Of a stretch of 62,000 nt of DNA, positions 12,456 through 26,629 are shown one piece after another; the first letter of the stretch is position 1; every line of letters starts with the position of its first letter. The stretch spans positions 60,098,001 through 60,160,000 of the forward strand of contig OX597826.1 in NCBI GenBank assembly GCA_951406725.2. Direction: 5' to 3'. This stretch comes from Octopus vulgaris (lineage: Eukaryota). Under the pieces are notes generated by a model. That model was given only the letters and a program-made list of their open reading frames with translations, was not told the DNA's origin and made no database searches. The position numbers and the translations under genes are program-made.

Positions 12456-12787
12456 CAATGTTTCGTAACTTAAAAACATGTATATAATTTACAGTATTCT
12501 ATTTAATGTTAAATAAAACAATTCAATGTCTGAGTTAATGCAAAATGCAAAACAATGTTTCAAAATAATATAGAAATTGAGCTACGTCCTCAGCTGAAAG
12601 AAAGTCTTTCGAATTGCTTAGTAATATATCACCAAACTAAATCGATGTCATTTATGACTTTATACACACCATATCGATTTCTCATATAATTTACTATATA
12701 TTCCATATATTTTGTAGAAGGATGCATTAAGGAATTTATTTATGAGTACTACTGAATTACCTGAATCCATGTAATGTGATGTAAATA

Positions 12788-12841
<54 letters not shown>

Positions 12842-12856
12842 ACACACAGACACACA

Positions 12857-12888
<32 letters not shown>

Positions 12889-13175
12889 TAACATGGGATC
12901 ATTATAAACGGCAGATTTTAGCCATTTCTCCGCAGATTGAAAAAAATCTGATGAACAACCTTAATCGATTTTCGAACATTATTGAGTTCTCATCAGAGAC
13001 GTCTACATTATTCTGACAGTTTCCAGAGACACAAACAGTCAATCTCTTTCTATACTCAACATATGCAGCAGTTACTCAGTTACTCTATGGAGGAGTAACT
13101 AACTTGATACTGATCTTAGTCCATACAGTATCAAGGTACATAAATATGTAACACACACACACACACACATATATA

Positions 13176-13239
<64 letters not shown>

Positions 13240-13363
13240 CATATACATGTACGCTACTAAGGTAGTTGTTTGTGAAGTTTTGCCGGACCACTATAGTGAT
13301 TTTAAAGTTGGTCTGCAATATCTGTATAATTATTTCCTCTCAATTTTTCTTCTCCTTTCTGCA

Positions 13364-13395
<32 letters not shown>

Positions 13396-13748
13396 AATAT
13401 ATGCATATATATTAACAGCTACATACGTATACACAATAACTCTCACATAATAGTATGTTCGATGATATTCATATGTGTGCCTCTGTGTAAACGTGTACAA
13501 GTTCTATGTTCTTTGTCCAAATTTAAATTAAATGCGTCTTAAGACCACATATTAAGACCACTTTTGAGAATTCACTCCCGCAGACTTCATACATTTCTTC
13601 ATATACTTATTTCCGAAAGTGTTTGAACATGATTACTTATACACTCAAGTACAAAACAAATGTACATCTACATTTATATCTATAGATATATCTATAGACT
13701 TAGGTCTCTATCACTTTGTCTCTCTCTTTCTCTCTCTACACACACATA

Positions 13749-13790
<42 letters not shown>

Positions 13791-14004
13791 CATGTGTATA
13801 CATATGTGTGTGTGTGAGTGTGTGTATGTGTATGTGTGTGGGGGGGTCAAAATAAGCAACAGGATATCAAGTAGTGATGCAGTGCTGATTTTATTCAACT
13901 TACTTCAAACTCAGCGGATAATACCGGACTCACTTGTTGCTTCAATGTAAGTACCTAATTCAACTGAATCTCAATTATTTCTTATATATCTATATGTGTG
14001 TGTG

Positions 14005-14036
<32 letters not shown>

Positions 14037-14099
14037 TGTATGTATATATGCATGAATATATATTTATATATATATATCCATATGTATATAGTTTAAATT

Positions 14100-14240
14100 T
14101 ATAGAAATCGAAAGAGTAACACAGGTGTGGAATCAACAAAGATGTGTATTAGTTTAACGCTCGGGAAGAATGGAGAAGTCTTTTGCGTCTCGAGCCTGCG
14201 CTCTTCAACAAAAAGGAGCCAGAAGAAAAAACGGAGAGGT
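14100..14240 (-). mobile_element. PLE pseudo-LTR fragment (family F1)
   Basis: Shares GTATTAGTTTAACGCTCGGGAAG...CGAGCCT.CGCTCTTC with 14810-15150 and 33498-33690; HHR core degenerate. Confidence 0.65.
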
Positions 14241-14255
14241 AATCTATATATATAC

Positions 14256-14740
14256 TTGGTCATCCCATAAATAATGCTGTTTTTTCAACTGAATGGACTA
14301 GAAATCGAAGGAAAACAGGATAAACTACCTGCATCAACTTGCTGTAAAAGCAGGTAGTAATTTTACCTTGTGATTATTCTTAGTGCAAGTTTCAAAGAGT
14401 GCAGTTCGATTTTAGCAGTTATATTTTCAAAGTCATAATGGAAATGACAAGGGTGCATATTCGGCATACTTTGCTTTATGAGTTCAATAAAGACAACGAT
14501 GCATCAGAAAGTGAAAGGAATAACAATGCAGTATATGGGGACTGGACCATAAGCGTAAGCCAGTGTCAACGGTAGTTCTACAAATTCCGAGTCGGAAACT
14601 ACAGCCTAGTAGACGAGCACCGTGATTCAGAGGTCGATGAGAACGTCCTGCAAACCCTGGTGGAACAAAATCCCATCGTAACTGTTCAGGAACTAGTAAA
14701 GAAGCTTGGATTTGGTCATTCAACCATTCATTGACACCAG
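14256..14740 (+). mobile_element. Tc1/mariner transposon 5' fragment: TIR plus N-terminal transposase pseudogene
   Basis: TIR-like TTGGTCATCCCATAAATAATG after TA. ATG 14438 gives MEMTRVHIRHTLLYEFNKDNDASESERNNNAVYGDWTISVSQCQR*FYKFRVGNYSLVDEHRDSEVDENVLQTLVEQNPIVTVQELVKKLGFGHSTIH*, the mariner HTH region, with stops. Confidence 0.88.
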
Positions 14741-14809
14741 CACTATAAGAAAAGCAACTGTTGTTTTTTTGTTGTTTTTTTTTGGTGAATTCTTCCGATA
14801 TATATATAT

Positions 14810-15150
14810 AGGGAGAGAATTCAGAAAACAAAAGCAAAAGACGAAGAGAGGTAGTGTAGACAACAGACAGATACATTAGTATAACACTCGGGAAGTGGAA
14901 AAGTATTTAATGTTTCGAGCCTACGCTCTTCCACAGAGAAGAGCTCAGAAAGAAACAAGGAGAGAAAATAAAGAATGAGTAGTGACTAGCGATCTATCAT
15001 GGCGAAACCCGGACAGAAGTGTCACACAGGAGACCTAGGGGAAGGGGTGATAAAAAAGGGGATGGTGATCCCAAAATGAAGGTGCGCGTGCGATTGTATA
15101 AGAGAGTTTGTATGTGCGTAATGAAGAGGGCTGGTGTTCTTGACTTGTTC
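14810..15150 (-). mobile_element. PLE pseudo-LTR fragment (family F1) bounded by (TA)n
   Basis: Same family as 33498-33690; minus strand CTGTGGAAGAGCGTAGGCTCGAAACATT is a decayed HHR. Confidence 0.7.
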
Positions 15151-15738
15151 GTGTGTGTATGATATATATATATATATATATATGTATAATTTTCCTCTTT
15201 TTTGCCTTCTCTTTCTAGTACGAAAAAAAGTCTGAAAGAGAGAGTGGCGAAAGAACGTAAAAAGCTCTTTCTTTACATAAAAATCTTTAAAAAATAATTT
15301 ACCCCAGGAATTTGAAATCTAATAATAAGGTCTCCATATGTATTAAACGAATTTGTAATTTTATCATGTTTTATTTATTTTAATCTACATATTATTTTAC
15401 CCTTGTCACGTTGAACATCATTCTAGATAGAGTGTTTAGCAACGCATTTGTTGTTCTGTTTTGCTGTGTAATAACTACGAAATAATATCTTTACTGAAAT
15501 ACATTGGCGTTCTTTTTGTATGTATTTATATATAAAAAATCATACGCATTTTCATATCATTCTCTATATTTATTTGTAAGGTTTTGTGTACAATCATTTC
15601 CAAGAAAGTGCTTTTAGGCGTATGTTCGTTCCACATTTCATATATGAGTAATTATTTTTCACAATCAATTAACGTATGGCTAATATAAATAATATTATTA
15701 ATATTAAATTAATATTAATAATATTAATATATATATAT

Positions 15739-15804
<66 letters not shown>

Positions 15805-16177
15805 TGAAAAAAGAAAAACATTCCATCATTTCATCCTGCAAGGTTGATTGGAGTTTCTAGTTTTGGTTAAAATGAATGTAATTATGTTCGATGTAATGCT
15901 AACTTAGCAGATTTTTTGCTGTCAGTGAGCCATAAATTTCTGTATTTCAGAGGCAAATATATTTACACGTAGATGCATTATCACAAGTTTATGGATAAAT
16001 ACCGATATTAAACATACATTATACTCTCACCCGTAAGCACAAACACACACGCACGCGCGCATACACGCAGAGGCGCACGCACTCACACACACTTCTAAGA
16101 CCATATATAGAAATTGCCATGCACAGTTAAATGTGTGTGCGTGTATATATATATGTATGTATATATATATATATATT

Positions 16178-16241
<64 letters not shown>

Positions 16242-17156
16242 CAAATGCACTTGCATATTATAGTCAATATGTCGCTGAGAACAATTATGCATATTACTAT
16301 ATAAATATGCATAGATATTCTTAGATATATAAATGTAAATAACATTTATCTACATTATATATGTAGATGCATACACATTGATACAGACACGCATACGTAC
16401 ATACATATACACACACACATACGATATATATATATATATATATACGCAAATATTAGAGATTGAGGCAGTGTCGTAATATGTATGTAAATATGTACATTTT
16501 ATTAACTCAATCTCCTAAAAGAGAATCAGATTGTAATTCGCGTTAGTATGAAATTGTACAGAAATTTCCATTTAGCTATTTATGTATGAGAAATATTGTA
16601 TCGTAATGCGATATATTAATAATTTTATAATGAAACATATCAAATATAAAAAGAAGTGAAAATTACTTTGCATATAATTCTGAACAATTCGCGTATTGTT
16701 AATATTGAAAAATCTTTATCTAGCTCTTAGTAATTGATTCTTTAGATAATAGATATATGTTAGTAGCTCGAAGCATTTAAATGGGAATGACTTTTATATA
16801 AATATATTCGTACCAATTCCATTTGCTACTCTGTTTTTCTCGTTGTCTTCTTTATATTTGAAGAAATGGAATTATATTGAATAATTTTGTCAAATGGTTT
16901 TTCAAAAGAAATTTCTTTAAGGTAGGCAAAAGAAAATTAATTTTTTGACTTTGCTTCTGCTTATGTACACTACGGAGAAAATATTGATGGAAACAAATGA
17001 AACGGCGCAACCGTTTATTAGCGACACGTAGGAGCATATATGCATATACACACATATAGCGGTACAGAGATAGAGAAGAGAAAACTAATGGCAGATATAT
17101 AAGGTGTCACTGAGATTATATAGCTTGTGTATGAGACTATATAGATAAACACATTC

Positions 17157-17226
<70 letters not shown>

Positions 17227-18023
17227 TACGTACCTATAGAGGAACACTAACTATAACAAAATAAAAAATGATTTTGGTTTTTACCACTATAGAATTTTGT
17301 GAATTCTTGTTACTAATATTTTCAAATTAAGAGACTATCGCTCTGGTTATCTGAGAACTATAACATGAAACTCGAGTTAACTTATAGAAATATTCTACTA
17401 AACAAATAATTTGTTTTGTCTGCAAACGAAGGCATCCCTACTTCGACTTGAAAGAAACATTCTCGTGAATAAAATTAGAATATCTTATTAGTCAAAAATT
17501 AGGAAAAGGGCCGGTATATTTGCAAATAAAATGTTAACACCATCGATATTAATTCATTTGCCTTACAATTAAAACAATGACGATTAATGATATTAAAGTA
17601 CTGACGAAAACAAAAATGGTACAATTATTATATGCAGTTCAATTTGGTAATAATTTATTCCTTCAGAAGCAAGCAAATGGAAGAACATAGAATAATTTAG
17701 AAAGTCAGATTAAAAGTAGGAAAAGTCAGCTCAATGGTAAAATAAGCAAAGGAAACAAGGAAAATACAATTTTTTTGTATAACTTATGGAAGTTCTAGAT
17801 TTCTATATGATCTATAGTTTATAGAACTTTTGAAGGGTCTAGAGAACTTTTAGAACTTAAGGGAGTTCTAGAGTTCTATATGATACTTTTAGAGTTCTAG
17901 AGTTCTATATGATTATGAAATCAGCCACGCTGATTTGGATGCATGCACTACTTCGGAGTGCTCATATCGCATTCCTCCAAACAATTCCTTATGTTTATGA
18001 GAAACGATTTTGATTAGCCATTC

Positions 18024-18064
<41 letters not shown>

Positions 18065-18429
18065 CGTGCGTGCGTGTGTGTGTGTGTGTGTGTGTCTTTG
18101 GTGTCAGCGTGCTGATTATGATTAGTCTTCTTTCTGCTTTTTGCTGTCATGTATATAAATGTTATACTAGTCAGCAACACTGGTGTTGATACTGAAGTTC
18201 GTATAATTTCTTTTGAAACAGAAAACGCAATTAGTTCGTTTTGTTACATTCCATTTTAAAATGTTACTAAACGACTTACGAGGTTGAGACCTTTGACAGA
18301 CCTTTTCTCATGTTTATATATCGCATCAGAATGTGGACAATGATCGTATGCACAGATTTGAATCCAAACCATGTACGACGAACGTTGCATTTCATGATGT
18401 TACTGCAAAGCGCGCGTGCTTTTATATAT

Positions 18430-18659
18430 ATTTCTTTACTACCCACAATGGGCTAAACATAGAGGGGACAAACAAGGACAGACAAAGGGATTAAGTCGAT
18501 TACATCGACCCCAGTACGTAACTAGTACTTAATTTATCGACACCGAAAGGATGAAAGGCAAAGTCGACCTCGGCGGAATTTGAACCCAGAACGTAACGGT
18601 AGACGAAATACGGCTACGCATTTCGCCCGGCGCGTTAACGTTTCTGCCATCTCGCCGCC
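18430..18659 (-). mobile_element. tRNA-derived SINE family B (Meta-domain-like core)
   Basis: Reverse complement of the 42515 copy; core GCCTTTCATCCTTTCGGTGTCGATAAATTAAGTAC. Confidence 0.88.
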
Positions 18660-19801
18660 GCGTGCTTTTATATAAGTGCGTGTCTTTGCATGTCTTTGTG
18701 TGTATGCGCATGCGTTTGTTTAGGTATATGTGTGTGAGTGTGTGGACCTTGTGAGTGTGTATAACAGATATATGATCAACTAGTTCGTTTTTATATATGT
18801 TTTCAATATATTTCATTTAGCCATTATTATTTTACTTTATTTTCTTACATATATGTTCTGTAGTACATTTAATGAAATCCTTTTTGAATTTATATGGTCA
18901 CTAATGGTTTGGTTTCAAACTCCATAACTAATATAACCCCAGTGTTTACCCTGGAGATACCAGACGGCAAAACGAGATGAAATGTATTCGCCAGTGCAGT
19001 AAAAAAAAGGATATCTTCATAATTATAAACTTACTTAGTCTGTCTGCGGGGGACAAAACCATAAGAATGCATTAAGTAACTATCATTTAACTGAACAGTC
19101 GCTTCGCTGAATGCCTTCCGTCATCCTATGAAACAGCTACTTAGAGAGACACATAATTTTCTGTTTGCATACGCAGACACTCACATACATATGGATGCAT
19201 ACAAGGAAAGACAGACGCATACAGGCACTCTAGAACGCACAAATATATTTATACATACACACACACACGCACCTACTCACACGCATACACGCGTGCACAC
19301 ACACATATATGTGGATGTATGTCGCACGATAGTAACGGTATTACATGAATCGATACATTAGACGACAGATACATACTCTCACATACATATATGTTTGAAT
19401 GATAATAGCTCGGGAAGAAGAATTCAAAATATATGGATGAGAGTCGAGAAACAGAAATTTTCATAGATCTGGACAGTGATAATTGCAAGAATACAAGAAA
19501 ATGTAATGCACTCTAAAACGTAGATAAATAAATGAAATGCCGCAACGTTGGGTTGTCTGTTCGGAAATTAGATTCAACATTTTGTGTAGGGTGTTGAGCA
19601 TACGTAGAAGCAGACACAGAAAATGGTAAATTTTTTTACTAATGTTAAATCAGTGACATGACATCATTGAGATTGCCAGGATGGAACTTCGATATTTTGA
19701 CAAAACTTTGCATGAACAAAGCAATCAGTTTTCTTCATACAATGTACCACCGACAAATCCGTTAAACACGTAGTTGTGTAAAAGATACAGAGAGACTGGC
19801 G

Positions 19802-19802
<1 letters not shown>

Positions 19803-19874
<72 letters not shown>

Positions 19875-19907
19875 TATATATGTAGGTATGTATGTATATA
19901 TATATAT

Positions 19908-19979
<72 letters not shown>

Positions 19980-20034
19980 GTGGATATATAGATGGATAGA
20001 TAGATGGATGGATGGATAGATGGATGGTTGGATG

Positions 20035-20085
<51 letters not shown>

Positions 20086-20086
20086 G

Positions 20087-20152
<66 letters not shown>
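19803..20152. repeat. Compound (TA)n/(GATA)n/(GATG)n microsatellite
   Basis: Direct reading. Confidence 0.95.
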
Positions 20153-20153
<1 letters not shown>

Positions 20154-20813
20154 GGGAGTGTGTATGAATAATTATTTCGGTATAAGTGTAAAGAAAGAAG
20201 TTTGTGAGCAGCTTAATTATTGGTTCATGAATGTTTGTGTAATTGAGGAAAGAAAACTGAACATAATAAAGTCGTCATTATAAATAAAGATTACCCTAGG
20301 TGATATATTTTCCCTATACTTAATATTTAAAACATCCAAATTGCTCCATATCCAACGACAATCCTGTTTATGTATGTTGTACATCTTCCACGTGAGGTAA
20401 TGGAATAGGAGATAAGTAATTACTTAATTATATCGCATCTTCCATGGAAATGTATTGTTTATAAATCAAGGAAAAGCAGTGCCGAAAGTATGAGAAAACG
20501 AGAGAGCTGCATAGGTAAATACAGGGATAGGTATAAATATTTATCAATGTACCTAATTTATGCAAAGCACTGCAAAGAGTACGGTGTTTCTGCAAGTTCT
20601 AATTTAAAGTAAGTTAGGGAAAACTTTCATTGTTAGATTTTTCTTCTTCTTAGTGTCAGATATGTGAGAACATAGTACATACATATTTGATTCATTATAG
20701 TCCTGTGATGATCCGACCAACGGGATATGAACAGAATTCTCTCAGACGGTAACTGTGCAGATGCAGCTTTTCTACAAAACAAATGTTTTGAAAGGTTGGA
20801 GCATTTCTGCATT

Positions 20814-20865
<52 letters not shown>

Positions 20866-20973
20866 TTCATTTATAAATATACATATATATATACACACAC
20901 ACACATAAATATGCATATATATACATATATAAATATATATATATATTTATACTTATAAGCACACATATATATA

Positions 20974-21014
<41 letters not shown>

Positions 21015-21134
21015 ACATGCACACACACACACACACACACACATATATGTATGTATATATATATATATATACATACGCACGCACACACACAAACGCGAAG
21101 GCCAAAGTAACTCTTTCATCTTTTATCTTGTATG

Positions 21135-21315
21135 TTTTGCTTGTTTCAATCATATGATTGCGGCCATGCTGGGTCACTACCCTGGAGAGTGCTTCGTCGA
21201 TCGAATCTGTCCTAGTACGTTGTTAAGTATGGTACTTATTCTTTTGTTTTATTTTGTCGAGCTGCTATGTTGCGGGGTCGCAAACAAACAAAGAACGGTC
21301 GTCAGATGATGCTTG
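21135..21315 (-). mobile_element. Old, degenerate 3' half of SINE family A
   Basis: TTGTTTCAATCATATGATTGCGGCCATGCTGG matches the reversed SINE-A tail. Confidence 0.55.
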
Positions 21316-21490
21316 GGTATTATCAAAGACACAAAATCACCACCCTTACACACGCATCTCTCTGACCTGCTATATATAGCTATATCTATCTATCTGTATA
21401 TAGATATATATATACACACACACTAACACACACATACACACACACTAACACACACATACGCACACACACATATATATATGTGTGTGTGTG

Positions 21491-21787
21491 TGAAGGCGCA
21501 TGGCTAAGAGCTTACGATCGTGAGGTTGTGAGTTTGAATGCCGGACCGGGCTGCGTGTTGTGTTCTTCAGCAAGACACTTTATTTCACGTTGCTCCAGTT
21601 GCGACGTCACTGGTGCCAAGTTGTATCAGCCTTTGTCTTTACCTTGGATAACACTGGTGGCGTGGAGAGGGGAGGCCGGCATACATGGGTACTGCTGGTC
21701 TTCCATAAACAACCTTGCCCAGACTTGTGCCTGGGATGGTAACTTACTAGGTGCAATCCCACGGTCAGTCATGACTGAAGGACGAGC
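21491..21787 (+). mobile_element. tRNA-derived CORE-like SINE, family D
   Basis: Head GAAGGCGCATGGCT...GAGGTTGTGAGTTTGAAT and core AGCAAGACACTTTATTTCACGTTGCTCCAG shared with 34105-34425; different 3' tail. Confidence 0.8.
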
Positions 21788-23646
21788 TTCTTTCAGTTTC
21801 CTCCTGCCATATCTACTCACAAATTTTTGTAATTCTGACGCAGAAATATACATATACATGAGCGTGTGCGCGTTTATATATGTTTATACGTGTACACCAT
21901 CATATAATATCATCTACTGGTTTGATAGTTCGTTCTTTAATGGACAATATATTCGCATGTGTGCAGAGTATGAGATTATATGAGTGTGCGTTTTATATAT
22001 ACATAAACACATATATATTCAATGTATGATATATATATATATATATATATATATATCATTGTAGGTGCTACTGGGATGAAGATGGAGGGAAGTTTAAAAA
22101 GAGAGAGGCGAAGCGAAATGGCGACTGAGGAATATATATTAAACATGAAACAGAGTAACAGAAGAGAAAGCTGGTCAGCGAAGCAGCGGATGTTTGTGCT
22201 CGTATGGGTGTATGATTTTATAAACAATCCGTACAATTTTAGATATCATTAAAGAGCAATTTGTGCAGCAATTAGCATGCATGTATTTTTTTCAGAAATA
22301 ATTTCCGGCAGCCATTAAAATTATCCATATTGTTATGTTTTTCAATGTTTACTAGAGTTGGAAAGTTGATGTATTTTGTGGAACTGTGTGTATGTGTGGA
22401 TGGGTATATATGTGTTTGTTTATAACAGTCAAACTCTTCGTATGCAGCCGCTTACGCACATGCTTTAATCTAACGCACAGTGTGTGATTATATACGTAGG
22501 TATTTCTCCAGCTTCTACAATTTTATATAATGCACAACTATCTATCTTTCTATCTAACTATTTATCTATCTATCTATCTCTCTCTCTCTCTCTATCTATA
22601 TATATATATCTGTCTATCTATCTATCTATATATATATATATATTTACATTCAAATATATACATACATATATACATATGTATACATATATATACATATATA
22701 CATATATATACATATATATATATCATATATGTTTTTAAAAATATTTAGATATATAGATACATAAATTCATGCATATGTATATGCACATATATATGTGTGT
22801 GTGTGTGTGAGTGTGTGTGTATCTATGTATTTATAAGTGTGTATGTATCTACCTATATATGTATATATATATATATATATGTATAGATAGATAGATAGAT
22901 ATATGTATGCATGTATGTATGTATGTAAGTATGTATGTATGTATATATTTGCATAAACTTCATGTAAGTGGAAACATTACATTATTATAATTCTTATCAG
23001 ATGTAACTATTTCTTAGAAAACTTGTAGACTTTTAGTTCGAATCATCCATGGAACATTCCACATGATTTTGCTTTGAGAGGAAGCGGGTACCATTTTCTA
23101 ACACAAAATAGAATCATCTGTTATCTAAAGTTGCATTCACTTCCAGAAACATTGCCAATCAATGCTCTTACATTCTGCAAGGCATAGAAATATATACGGA
23201 TGTAGGTTGCTCATGCAGAATTCGTTGGAGGAATTCGCTTAAATTTTATAGAAAGATTAGAATATTATGAATTTCTTTCTTCCTATATATTTCTTGGCTT
23301 GATGTTGAAAAGAGGAGGATCAATTATGTTTCGTTTTAGGATTTGCCTTGTAATGTAACGGGAACATGGCTTTTGCACAGATAAATCCATCTATCTATCT
23401 CTCTAACGAACTATCTATCTATCTATCTATTTATCTATGTATCTCCTTCTCTCTATATATTTGTGCGTGTGTATAGATACATATATATATAAGAATTTTT
23501 TGCGTAATAAGATTAAAAAATCCAAGGCTGTGTAGATATTAGAGAATTTATAGATAGGTGTTTCTAGGATATTTATTAATAATATCCCTTCATCGGAGAC
23601 GGTATGAGAGGATAGTTGAGTCATAGTTTGTTTTAGAATATAAATA

Positions 23647-23705
<59 letters not shown>

Positions 23706-23714
23706 AAAAAAAAA

Positions 23715-23930
23715 TGAAGCTGGATCTCTTCCTGTCAGGTGTCCCAGATGAACCAACTTCACGGCAGGAGGGGCAGATGAGGGCAGCTGCATCGAACTCT
23801 CTCATGCACCAAATAGCAGTTGCTAGAAAGCCTCCATGAAGTGAAACCAAGTAGCAACACCAAATGGCGGTGCCCCAGCATGGCCACAGCTCATGAGCTG
23901 AAACTAGAATCAATCAATCAATCAATCATA
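23715..23930 (+). mobile_element. LINE-type 3' tail (L2/CR1-like) ending in (ATCA)n
   Basis: Ends GGCGGTGCCCCAGCATGGCCACAGCTCATGAGCTGAAACTAG(AATC)n, homologous to the SINE-A tail. Confidence 0.6.
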
Positions 23931-23933
23931 TAC

Positions 23934-23966
<33 letters not shown>

Positions 23967-24109
23967 AGTGTATAAATATATGATCAGATACATACATCCA
24001 TAAATATATAATCATACATGTATATAAATACGTATTTATACATGTATATAGACACACATATATATATATATGTGTGTGTATGTGTGTGTGTGTGTATATA
24101 TATGCATGT

Positions 24110-24425
24110 ATATATCACCGTAATCACCGTGACCGACCAGACTATCAGATGTTGCTACACATCGCTAGTCATAATGCGCTTCGCATTGTTTTTAGCCTTC
24201 AACTGACGCCACCCCGCTGGCTAAGCGAGCAGGCCAACACAAGAAAGAGTGAGAGAAAGTTGTGGCGAAAGAGTACAACAGGGATCGCCACCACCCTCTG
24301 CCGTGGCCTCGTGGAGCCAAGGTGTTTTTGCTCAATAAACACTCACCACGCCCGGTCTGGGAATCAAAACCGCTATCCTACGACCGCGAGTCCGCTGCCC
24401 TAGCCACTGTGCCATTGCGCCTCCA
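24110..24425 (-). mobile_element. SINE family C variant with a distinct 3' tail
   Basis: Head and body match the 29900-30183 copy over ~190 nt, then diverge. Confidence 0.8.
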
Positions 24426-24428
24426 CGC

Positions 24429-24466
<38 letters not shown>

Positions 24467-25090
24467 TTATCTATTTACGTATATATATGGCAAATAAAAG
24501 ATGGAAGATGTAATATACGAGAACTTATTATTAATCACGTATGTGCGTGTGGATGTGTGCGTGTGGATGTGTGTGCGTGTGCGTGCGTGTGTGTGTCTGC
24601 GTGTGTGTGTTTGAATGAAAGTAGTTAGGTAAATACGACTGGAATGGAAAGAAAAAATATTTTCAAATGAAAACAAAAAATACAAAGGAAGACACAGTCA
24701 GAAACAGACAGAGAATGCAGCCTGAGTGGGAGAATTAAATAGAGATATCACTAAAGCTAATACATATTGAATCTAGAAAACAAATTTCATAGCTTTCTAA
24801 ATTATACTAAAATTCTTACTAAAAATATGAGTGTATATTATTTATGGATAATATACACAGGGAATATATATATGCTAAAAGAAATGTATATATGAAATAT
24901 ACACCGTATACTAATGGTACTTTTACAAATGTGGAATGATTTTATTTTATATTAATAACTGAAGCAGAGCTTTTAAATTTTCATCAGCGTACATCAAAAC
25001 AAGGGAGTATTAACATTTGGTTGATATTAAATTTGTTGTGAATGTTTTTACTTGCTTTTAATTTCTGCGTCTATATTTTTCACTTAATTG

Positions 25091-25136
<46 letters not shown>

Positions 25137-25548
25137 GTGGATTAAGGTATATCAAATTATATACGTGTGTGGTATTGTACAGATGTAATAATATTATCTT
25201 ACGTAAAATTGCAAAAAAAAAAACACGGAATTAAAAACGTATCATTTCGGAGTACAAGCATTAAAAATTCCGCATATAACACTGACACACGATATACGTT
25301 TCTTTTTCTCTAAAAATCATGTGCATTTATAAAACACAGGCGGATTTTCATTTTTATATTAATGGCGGTCGAATTTTATCATATTCTATCTATGCACCTA
25401 TATCCGGCAGTCAGTCATTATATGTACCAAACAATCTTCCTATCAAACTATATATGTATATGTATATACACACGTATATGTTGTGTATATGTATATACAC
25501 AAAGAAATATGGACGCAAACACAAATATCCATATATCTGTCTGTGTAT

Positions 25549-25624
<76 letters not shown>

Positions 25625-25742
25625 ATTGAATTTGACTGTGTTAGTACCTTTGTCTTGATCTGACTATAAATATTTCTGCATTCAACACGTGTTCAGGCTT
25701 GTCGATAAGTAATTAAGAGTTTTGAGGATTTTCTCTTTTGCT

Positions 25743-25862
25743 TTCTTCTTCTTCTTCTTCTTCTTCTTCTTCTTCTTCTTCTTCTTCTTCTTCTTCTTCT
25801 TCTTCTTCTTCTTCTTCTTCTTCTTCTTCTTCTTCTTCTTCTTCTTCTTCTTCTTCTTCTTC
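25743..25862. repeat. Pure (CTT)n/(GAA)n tract, ~40 units
   Basis: Direct reading. Confidence 0.95.
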
Positions 25863-25915
25863 TCTTTATTTAATACACAGACACTCATATATACAATCAT
25901 ATAAACAATCACATT

Positions 25916-25962
<47 letters not shown>

Positions 25963-26164
25963 ACATGTAAATATATGAATGTATGTATGTATGTATGTAT
26001 GATGTATGTACACGCATTCAAATATATTTCACCGGCCCTAAATGTATTTCTGATTTAGGTTTCAATAATTTACAAGAGGCTTCCAAGAATTCATTATTAA
26101 TACATTACATTAATTATATATATGCATACATACGTACATACATACCTACATACATACATATATA

Positions 26165-26230
<66 letters not shown>

Positions 26231-26629
26231 AGTCCTCACCATACACTCGCACCACACCCTTCCTACATCCCCCACACAAACACGCCCACATCACCCCATA
26301 CACACACCTCAGAACACCACATATATGTATATATGCATATATATATATATACATTTGAAACTTGAACATATTACCCTATGTAGCAAACAAGAAGCTACGG
26401 ATCTCTACGACACCCTCACGTTCAACAACGCCATTTACTTAGGATCACATCTATATCTAAAAGTGTTTGGAATGTTTACTTCATACACACTATCAAAAAT
26501 ATGGGCGAAACTACTGTGTGCCTTTTTATCTATGGAAAATATGCTCTCCAACAGATTACTCTTGGTCTCTGACACCTTTCTCTTTTAGCATCAAAAGTAT
26601 ATCAATTTTCTTCTAATTCGATTGTGGTG

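Noticed and set aside
17788-17915. Repeated AGTTCTAGAGTTCTATATGA and TAGAACTT units as a CRISPR-like array
   Set aside because: Irregular units with no unique spacers in eukaryotic context; ordinary local slippage.
21480-21983. 167-aa ORF
   Set aside because: Mostly the body of a SINE-D copy.
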